Positions 23,913 through 31,019 of a stretch of 64,000 nt of DNA are shown piece by piece; position 1 is the stretch's first letter, and each line of letters opens with the position of its first letter. The DNA is from an uncultured Planctomycetia bacterium. GTDB taxonomy: Bacteria > Omnitrophota > Gorgyraeia > Tantalellales > Tantalellaceae. The position numbers and the translations under genes were made by a program. The stretch covers positions 182,539-246,538 of the forward strand of contig CAZNEE010000003.1 in assembly GCA_964572255.1 (NCBI GenBank), in the 5' to 3' direction. Below the pieces are notes generated by a model. The model ran no database searches and was not told where the DNA came from. It saw only the letters and a program-made list of their open reading frames with translations.

Positions 23913-25976
23913 ATGAAAAAAGACAATAAAACAATATTACTGCTTAGTATTTTACTTGTGATGATCGGATTCGGTGTTTACGCAAACTCGCTTCCCAATC
24001 AATTTGTTTGGGACGATATACACCTTATCAAGAACAATCAAGATATAAAAAGCATCTCTTTGGCAAATCTTAAAACGATATTCACTCATGACATAATGTA
24101 CTTCCTCGAACGCAGTAATTTCTACCGCCCTCTTCAATCCCTCTCGTACATGCTTGATTATAAACTTTGGGGAGAAAACGCTTACGGCTTCCGTCTCATC
24201 AATATACTGATCCATTGCATAAATAGCATTATTATTTTCCTGCTTCTATATCGTCTCTGGCGTAACATGGCTGCTTGCTTTTTAAGCTCACTCTTTTTTC
24301 TGGTGCATCCTTTAAATGTTTCCGCAGTTTCCTACATTGCCGGAAGAGCTGATCTACTGGCCCTCATGTTTTTATTGCTTTCAACAGTATTTCTTTTTAG
24401 ATTCAAAGGATCGGAAACGTTTTTTAATGGCGCGGTCAGCATCCTTTTTTTTATTTTCTCTCTACTTTTAAAAGAGATATGCATTATTTTCCCTGTTTTT
24501 ATTTTTGTTTTTCTATATTTTTCAAAAGAAAATTCCAAAAATTTTACGAAAAATGAGAAATTGTTTATTTCTGTATATCTTTTAATTACAGTAACTTATG
24601 TAATTTTAAGGTTGACTTTATTGAAGTTTACATCCCTGTCCGCTCAGGCCATAAATGCTCCGGATCTTTATTCGCGTCTTTTATCCGCCGCTCCATTTAT
24701 CATTACATATTTGAGACTCATCATACTACCATATGATCTCAGGATGGACAGAGATTTTCAAATACCGACAACAATAATGGACTGGCGCGTGATCGGTGCG
24801 GTGCTCTTGCTTGCCGGAATTATTTATTTTTTCATAACATACGTCAAAAAAGAAAAAACTATCGCTTTGGGAGCAGCCTGGTTCTTTGTATTGCTTTTCC
24901 CTTCGTTGAATATAATCATTCCTTTGAACGCGCCTGTATCAGAGCATTGGCTGTACATACCGTTCTTCGGGATAACGGTGATCCTGGCGTACTTGATCTC
25001 TTTAGTATTCAGGAAAGTACAACTGCCAAAAAACCTTATCTATCTTGGCTTTACATTGATACTTTCGGTTTATGCCGGAACAACGGTACACCTCAATAGG
25101 CAATGGCGAAACGCAGAAACGCTTTTTTCCTACATCACAAAATTCCAACAGGTCCACTGGCGTTCCTACTACAATCTCGGCAGACAGTATTATGAAAACG
25201 GTAAATATCAAGAAGCTATAGAAGAGCTCCAAAAAGCTATTGATGCTAATCCGGAATATTATGAAGCCCTTGTATATATGTTTCTGTCATATGCGAATAT
25301 CGGAGATATCGATCAGGCATCTGAATATTTTACCAAAGCCATAAAAGTAAAACCCAAATCCAGCATAACCTATACCATTTTCGCGCAAGCACTTAAAAAA
25401 GCAAAAAAATCAGATGATGCCGCTAAGATGTACGAAACAGCTATCCGGCTGGATGAAAAAAATATCGATGCCTATAATGCCCTGGGAATAATTTATGCGG
25501 AAAAAGGCCAATATGAAAAGGCCGAAGATATATGGAGCAAGGCCTCTAAAATAGATCCTGATTCTAAAGAAATAAATGCGAATTTAGAAAGACTTTCCAA
25601 AGTAAAAAGTGCACTTCTGACCGAACATATCAAAAAAGGAGATAAATATGCATCCGAGGGTAAATACATTTCGGCGATAAAAGAATATGAAAAGGCCCTG
25701 GAAATTGATGATAAAAATACTTCGATCCATAACAATTTAGGAGTTTTATACGGACTGACCGGAAAAGATGATGCGGCAATAGCTGAATTCGAAAAAGTCA
25801 TTGATATAAATCCAAATAACGCAGGCAGTTACAAGAACATTGCCATAATATATGCCAAATACCCCGAAAAACATGATAAAGCAATAAAATACCTCCGGCT
25901 GTATCTTGAGTTTCCCCTTCCGGATACCGAGCGAAAAAAAGTTGAAGAATCTATAGAAAAGCTGAGAGAGCAATAA
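23913..25976 (+). CDS. TMTC-like (GT-C fold, DUF1736-type) membrane glycosyltransferase with C-terminal TPR repeats, 687 aa
   Basis: Family motifs NQFVWDD, FYRPL, FLVHPLNVSAVSYIAGRADLL, LLKE, SEHWLYIP and WRNAETL. About 10-11 hydrophobic segments lie in the first ~395 aa, followed by TPRs (YYNLGRQY...AIEELQKAI, AYNALGIIYAEKG, HNNLGVLY). Confidence 0.88.
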   Translation: MKKDNKTILLLSILLVMIGFGVYANSLPNQFVWDDIHLIKNNQDIKSISLANLKTIFTHDIMYFLERSNFYRPLQSLSYMLDYKLWGENAYGFRLINILIHCINSIIIFLLLYRLWRNMAACFLSSLFFLVHPLNVSAVSYIAGRADLLALMFLLLSTVFLFRFKGSETFFNGAVSILFFIFSLLLKEICIIFPVFIFVFLYFSKENSKNFTKNEKLFISVYLLITVTYVILRLTLLKFTSLSAQAINAPDLYSRLLSAAPFIITYLRLIILPYDLRMDRDFQIPTTIMDWRVIGAVLLLAGIIYFFITYVKKEKTIALGAAWFFVLLFPSLNIIIPLNAPVSEHWLYIPFFGITVILAYLISLVFRKVQLPKNLIYLGFTLILSVYAGTTVHLNRQWRNAETLFSYITKFQQVHWRSYYNLGRQYYENGKYQEAIEELQKAIDANPEYYEALVYMFLSYANIGDIDQASEYFTKAIKVKPKSSITYTIFAQALKKAKKSDDAAKMYETAIRLDEKNIDAYNALGIIYAEKGQYEKAEDIWSKASKIDPDSKEINANLERLSKVKSALLTEHIKKGDKYASEGKYISAIKEYEKALEIDDKNTSIHNNLGVLYGLTGKDDAAIAEFEKVIDINPNNAGSYKNIAIIYAKYPEKHDKAIKYLRLYLEFPLPDTERKKVEESIEKLREQ

Positions 25977-26044
25977 CCTCTTCTTAACAATAACTTCTTC
26001 TTTTAAAAAACCAAAATAAATGCAATTAGCTGTCTAGCTTTTTA

Positions 26045-26107
26045 TTGCCTTAATTAGAAAAAAGTTCTATTATTTTTCTTGAACTAATGTGTTAAGAGGA
26101 TTAAAAT
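26045..26107 (+). promoter_or_regulatory. Two tandem putative sigma70 promoters for the HEAT-repeat gene
   Basis: TTGCCT(26045)-17-TATTAT(26068) and TTGAAC(26079)-17-TAAAAT(26102). The context is AT-rich, so chance matches are possible. Confidence 0.45.
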
Positions 26108-26200
26108 ATAGCTAGTTAAAGAACAAAAAGTGTTCTCTCATATAAAATATCAATATATTTAATATTGTTCATTATTAATATAAAAACGAAAGAGAGTAAT

Positions 26201-29200
26201 ATGAATACGTCGAAAAAAGTCCACCCTATCATCAAGACGATCTCCACAATATTAATAATCACTTTTATTAACCTTAATATCTCCTGGGCATATCCTGCTG
26301 ACCCGGCCGTAAGAAGTACAGTTGCTACTCCCCGGATATTCCAATTGCCTCAATATCTATCCTCCGAATTTCAAAGGGATCAGTTGGAAGCTTTCAGGGA
26401 TATAAAATTACTTTCTTCGGTTTTTAACATAACAAAATACCTGTTGGAAGTCCCGGATAAGGATGCGCGAAAGAAACGTTTGAATTCTCTTGAGACTTTA
26501 ATGCGTAAAGAATTGGGGGACTTCACTCAAAATATAGACCTTGAGCATGTTCACATCACGGGGATCGATATATCCATTGACCTTTTCAGTGACGGGACCG
26601 TCATCATCCCCTATACCAAGGATAATAAAAAATATATCATCGCGGTATCAGAGAAAAGCGCTATTCCCGAAAAATACGTGCGGGAGTATCCTTTAACGAT
26701 CGCTGAAAATTACATAGCTATACTATTGCCTGAAGATTATGAAGAGATCATGGCTTATCGAAAATCCGCCCTCCCCGCCCAAAAGAAAGAAGAAATACAG
26801 GCAAGCATATCCGAGCAAATTACTAACGTCACTATTGATACTATCGAAGTGGAAAACAATGACACTGTCATAAAAAGTAAAAGTGCAATAAATATAAGAA
26901 CTTACATCAAAGCTCTTTCACTTCTGTTATTCCTTTTTCTTGCATGCTTCCAACTCGCCTGCGGGAAAAAAGCGGACAAAACGCCCGGGCAGGAAAAAGA
27001 ATCCAGGGAGATCACCGAAACCGAAACCCCCGAACCGCAAGAAGAAGTCAAGCCCGAATCACCGGAAGAAAAGATCCGCAAGCTGATTAAACTGCTTCCT
27101 CATGACGGAAAAGAAATAGAAATAAGCCAAGGCGCCACTATGCAGATAAATTCTGTTGAAAGCCTGATAAAAATAGGAAAACCCGCCGTACCGTTTTTAA
27201 TAGAAGCTTACAAGGAAGAGGCTGATCTTGAAACGCGTATAAAAATAATTTCAGTTTTAAGGCAAATACATGACGAGAAAAGCATACCTGTATTTATAAA
27301 AGCCTCTAAAGACAATAACGCCCGTATCCGTGAAGAAGCCGTGGGAGCTTTGTGTAAATTTCCAAAAGATGAAAGAGTGCTTCCTGCCCTTACAGAAGCA
27401 CTGAAAGATCCTGAAAAAAATGTGCGTTCACGCGCTTTAGATGCGCTGGTTGAGACCGGCGATAAAACAGCCGCCCCGGCCATTATGGAACTGTTGAAGG
27501 ATGAAAATCCCTTCATTCGTGAAAACGCAGTGACGGCTCTGGAAAAACTCGGCGTCAAAGAAGCCCTGCCGGCACTTATTGAAGCTTCGCGAACCGACAA
27601 AGACAAGGATGTCAGAAAAGCCATAGTGTCATTTTTGGAAAAACTCGGCACCAAAGAAGCCTTAGCGGTTTTAATTGAGCTTTCTGAAATCGATAAAGAC
27701 TCCTCTGTACGTAAGGCCGCTAAAGGAGCTTTGGAAGAATTTGATAAAGACGTTATCTTTCTCGGTTTTGTTGAAGCGCTGAAAAATGAAAGCTATTATG
27801 TCCGGCGCCCTGCCGTTCGATCACTGGGTGAAATGAAAGATAAAAAAGCCGTACCGGCTCTTATGGAAGTACTACTTAAGGACAGTGATGATGCTATCCG
27901 CAGAGAGGCCGCATGGTCTCTTGGCAATATCGGCGATAAAAAAGCTGTTCCGGCGCTTATCGAAACGCTTAAAGATACGGAACATGATGTACGTTCAGGC
28001 GCCGCAAAAGCTCTGGGTGAACTTAAAGCTCAAGAGGCAGTCCCGGCTCTTATTGAAGCTTTGAAAGATAAAAATAAAAGCTTGCGTTCAAACGCAGCCG
28101 AAGCTTTGGGTAAAATTGGCAATAAAGATGCTATTTCTGCTTTAATTGAAATTGCCCTTAAAGATGAATACGATATTGCGCGTAATTTTGCTACATATGC
28201 ATTGGGTAAAATTGGCATTAAAGATGCCCTCCCGGGCCTTACGCAGGCTTTACTTAAAGATAAAGACCGATTTATACGCGAAAAAACCGCAAAGGTTTTG
28301 GGTGAGATCGGAGATGAAAGCGCGCTCTCTGCTCTTACAGAAGCTTCAAAAGACGAAAGTTGGGATGTACGTGAAGCAGCTAAAAAAGCTATTGAAGAAA
28401 TAAAACAAAGGGCGAAAGCAAAAAAAGACCAGGCTCAAAAGAACATCCTGCCCCTCCACCCGTTGTCATTGGTCCTGGGTGTATCGATCGCCGCTAATCT
28501 TGCGCCCGGAACAGGAATTTTATCATCCATATACCCTTTTATTGCCATAGGAGCGATCTTGGCGACCAGCATGTGGGTGGTATCAACAATAAAACCAAAA
28601 ATCAAACCCGAACTTACAGGCGCTAAAAAAGACCAAACCGCAATAAGGCCTGTCCGCGCTATTATCTCACTCCTGCTGTTATTGGCCCTTGTAGTCTCCA
28701 CGGCTTCTTGTAAAAAAGCGGATAAGGACACTGCAGCCAAAGATGAGCCTGTTAAAGTCGTTCAATTATCACAGGCTGAAGTTGAAAAAATGGAAAAAGC
28801 CATTCAGGACTTAAAAAGCGAAACCTGGGAAACCCGGGAAGCTGCAATTGTAGTTCTGAGTGAAATAGCCTCTGAAAAAGCTATCCCCGCTCTTATTGAA
28901 GCGGTAAAGAAAGAAGAGTCACCGGGACGAAAACGAGATTATCTTAAAGTTTTAATAAAAACGGGCAAACCTTCACTCCAGCCTCTCATTAAAGTCCTGC
29001 GAAATAAAGATGAAAACGCCTGGACGCGTAAATATGTAATTAAAGCTTTAGGTGAAATGGGGTATGAAGAAGCAATACCGGAACTTATTAAAGCACTGAA
29101 AGGCACTAATTCAAATGTAAAGGGAGATGAGGCAACTTATGAAAGACATTCAGCCAGAGATGCTTTAATAAAAATAGGAAAACCCGCTATCCCAGCTTTA

Positions 29201-30829
29201 ATGACTGTTTTAGACCATGAAAATAAATATGTCCGCTCTAATGCCACCGATGCCTTGATCGGAATAGGAGGAAAAGAAGCTGTCCCGGGACTTATAAAAA
29301 TGCTAAAGGATGAAGTTGACTTTATACGCACCGATGCAGTTGTTGCTTTGGGCAATATAGGGGATAAAAGTGCCGTCGATGGCCTTATCGAAACACTTGA
29401 AGATGAAGATTATGACATCCGAATGAAAGCTGCGGAAGCTCTTGGTAAAATCGGAGATGAAAGAGCCGTTCCTGCACTTACTAAAGCAAAAAGAGATTTT
29501 GAAAAACCAGTACGTGACGCTGCTAAAGAGGCATTAAAGAAAATAGAAAATAGATCCGAGCCTGAGGTAAAAACAAAACAGAGCAATATCTTGCCCCTTC
29601 ATCCTTTGAGCATGGTATTAACTCTCCCTGTGGCAAATTTGCTTTTTCCGGGACAAAATATTTTAACCTTTATATATCCCCTACTCGCCATAGGAACGAT
29701 CTTAACGACCGGCATGTGGGTAGTATCCGCAATAAGATCAAAGCCGGAGAAGTCTGAATTAAAAGATACTGAAAAAGCGTCGCAAACCGCAGAAGAAAGG
29801 TCCCCGGCAAAAGATCAGCCTGTGCGAACTCAAAACTTAGATCAAAAATCTCTTATCGCGTCCGGGTTTGATGTTTCCGGAATATTTGAATCGGTAGAGG
29901 CTTCGGTAAATAACACCAGAACGGAATTGGTGAATTCAGGAGAAATCCTACTGGATTTTTTAACTGAAAGAACGGATATTTTGACTGAAGACATATTCGT
30001 CTCGCCTGAAATGAACAGGGACAATTTAACTCCCCTCTTAAAAGCCCAATTGGAACTCTTATTAAAGAAGATGGACCAGCTTCAAGAATTATCCGCTGAT
30101 GGTAATATCGAAGCTGTAGAATTTCCCGATTCGATTGATCTTGCGGAAAGAACGATCAGAGCAAATATAAACAATCTTGGGGCGAACAGTGTGATCTCAA
30201 ACTTAATAGTGCTTGCCAGGCGCGCGAAAAGAGATGATCAAAACCTTATAATAGGCCTTGATACCAGCTGGATACCAGCATACAAAAAGGGCAAGCTGCA
30301 GCATAATGCCATAAACCCTCTCATAAACGTGGTTAAATCTTTGGGAGACACGCTCAAGAGTATAGGGATAGATAACGTAACTATAATTTCGGGCGAAGGT
30401 TCCGACCTGGCGAATAAACTGATCGCGGAAAAAGATGAGACATCCAATAAACTTTCAAATATTATAGCTCTTGCATCAGCTGATACTATAAATTCCAACA
30501 GCTTTACGCCGCTTCGAAGCACACAGACTGACAAAAGAGCGTTCCTTGCCGCTGTTGACCCGACAGAACTCAATGAATTTTACGAAAAACACAAGGAATC
30601 CTTGAACAAGCAGATTAGTATAAAGATCATTGAGATGCTGTCAATAGCAATGGAATTGGCATCAAAAAGCGATCACTCCGTTGCCCTTCCCAGGATCGTC
30701 GGGACCATTGAACTTGATTACAACGAATCGCTGAGAATGGTAATATTTCTGCCTAAAGCGGGCCCTCACAAATACAAAGATATCCAAGATAAATACAAAA
30801 ATGAACGAACCGCTCTTCTTTCCATGTAA
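26201..30829 (+). CDS. Multi-module membrane protein with two HEAT (PBS-lyase/EZ-HEAT) repeat arrays, about 1542 aa
   Basis: The ATG at 26201 after GAGAG is preferred to the TTG at 26165. N-terminal signal-like KTISTILIITFINLNISWA. Repeats follow AVPALIEALKDxxxxVRxxAAxALGxIG. There are two internal lipobox-like segments and a duplicated TM hairpin. Confidence 0.9.
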   Translation: MNTSKKVHPIIKTISTILIITFINLNISWAYPADPAVRSTVATPRIFQLPQYLSSEFQRDQLEAFRDIKLLSSVFNITKYLLEVPDKDARKKRLNSLETLMRKELGDFTQNIDLEHVHITGIDISIDLFSDGTVIIPYTKDNKKYIIAVSEKSAIPEKYVREYPLTIAENYIAILLPEDYEEIMAYRKSALPAQKKEEIQASISEQITNVTIDTIEVENNDTVIKSKSAINIRTYIKALSLLLFLFLACFQLACGKKADKTPGQEKESREITETETPEPQEEVKPESPEEKIRKLIKLLPHDGKEIEISQGATMQINSVESLIKIGKPAVPFLIEAYKEEADLETRIKIISVLRQIHDEKSIPVFIKASKDNNARIREEAVGALCKFPKDERVLPALTEALKDPEKNVRSRALDALVETGDKTAAPAIMELLKDENPFIRENAVTALEKLGVKEALPALIEASRTDKDKDVRKAIVSFLEKLGTKEALAVLIELSEIDKDSSVRKAAKGALEEFDKDVIFLGFVEALKNESYYVRRPAVRSLGEMKDKKAVPALMEVLLKDSDDAIRREAAWSLGNIGDKKAVPALIETLKDTEHDVRSGAAKALGELKAQEAVPALIEALKDKNKSLRSNAAEALGKIGNKDAISALIEIALKDEYDIARNFATYALGKIGIKDALPGLTQALLKDKDRFIREKTAKVLGEIGDESALSALTEASKDESWDVREAAKKAIEEIKQRAKAKKDQAQKNILPLHPLSLVLGVSIAANLAPGTGILSSIYPFIAIGAILATSMWVVSTIKPKIKPELTGAKKDQTAIRPVRAIISLLLLLALVVSTASCKKADKDTAAKDEPVKVVQLSQAEVEKMEKAIQDLKSETWETREAAIVVLSEIASEKAIPALIEAVKKEESPGRKRDYLKVLIKTGKPSLQPLIKVLRNKDENAWTRKYVIKALGEMGYEEAIPELIKALKGTNSNVKGDEATYERHSARDALIKIGKPAIPALMTVLDHENKYVRSNATDALIGIGGKEAVPGLIKMLKDEVDFIRTDAVVALGNIGDKSAVDGLIETLEDEDYDIRMKAAEALGKIGDERAVPALTKAKRDFEKPVRDAAKEALKKIENRSEPEVKTKQSNILPLHPLSMVLTLPVANLLFPGQNILTFIYPLLAIGTILTTGMWVVSAIRSKPEKSELKDTEKASQTAEERSPAKDQPVRTQNLDQKSLIASGFDVSGIFESVEASVNNTRTELVNSGEILLDFLTERTDILTEDIFVSPEMNRDNLTPLLKAQLELLLKKMDQLQELSADGNIEAVEFPDSIDLAERTIRANINNLGANSVISNLIVLARRAKRDDQNLIIGLDTSWIPAYKKGKLQHNAINPLINVVKSLGDTLKSIGIDNVTIISGEGSDLANKLIAEKDETSNKLSNIIALASADTINSNSFTPLRSTQTDKRAFLAAVDPTELNEFYEKHKESLNKQISIKIIEMLSIAMELASKSDHSVALPRIVGTIELDYNESLRMVIFLPKAGPHKYKDIQDKYKNERTALLSM
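27150..28410 (+). repeat. HEAT array 1 (about 13 repeats of 31-32 aa)
   Basis: For example KAVPALIETLKDTEHDVRSGAAKALGELKAQ and EAVPALIEALKDKNKSLRSNAAEALGKIGNK. Confidence 0.85.
28790..29550 (+). repeat. HEAT array 2 (about 7-8 repeats)
   Basis: For example EAVPGLIKMLKDEVDFIRTDAVVALGNIGDK and SAVDGLIETLEDEDYDIRMKAAEALGKIGDE. Confidence 0.85.
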
Positions 30830-30856
30830 GAAATTATCCCTGGGTGGGAATGACAT

Positions 30857-30889
30857 AAAAAACCAGGCTGCTCAAAAGAGCAGCCTGGT
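30857..30889 (-). terminator. Intrinsic terminator for the giant-2 transcript
   Basis: Perfect 12-bp stem ACCAGGCTGCTC (30862-30873) / GAGCAGCCTGGT (30878-30889) with a 4-nt loop. The A tract at 30857-30862 gives a U tract on the minus strand only. Confidence 0.85.
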
Positions 30890-31019
30890 CCGTATCGGAA
30901 GCCGGTAGGTGTAAGTGGCTTCCTTTCGCTAGTATTGCATCCCCCGGATGCGGAGGGGGATAACCTCCGCATCCAAGGCTGGAAGCTGGTAGGTGTCTAG
31001 CAACTTCCATAAAATTCTG
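30857..31019 (-). ncRNA. Candidate structured 3'-UTR / small RNA with four hairpins
   Basis: Plus-strand coordinates: GGAAG(30981)...CTTCC(31004-31008); 11-bp stem GGATGCGGAGG(30946-30956)/CCTCCGCATCC(30964-30974); 7-bp stem GGAAGCC(30897-30903)/GGCTTCC(30917-30923); then the terminator. The first and third hairpins share the loop GGTAGGTGT (ACACCUACC on the minus strand). Confidence 0.5.

Noticed and set aside
26165-26200. TTG start of the HEAT gene given in the track
   Set aside because: The ATG at 26201 has a purine-rich SD-like GAGAG upstream and places the signal-like segment at the N-terminus.
30662-30972. Small minus-strand ORFs (64 and 68 aa) across the convergent intergenic region
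   Set aside because: They overlap the HEAT gene antisense, and the 68-aa one runs through the terminator hairpin. I see no coding features.
30897-30996. Motif as an RfaH ops element (one copy shares CGGTAG)
   Set aside because: The match to GGCGGTAGnnTG is only partial, and these copies have no downstream gene on that strand.
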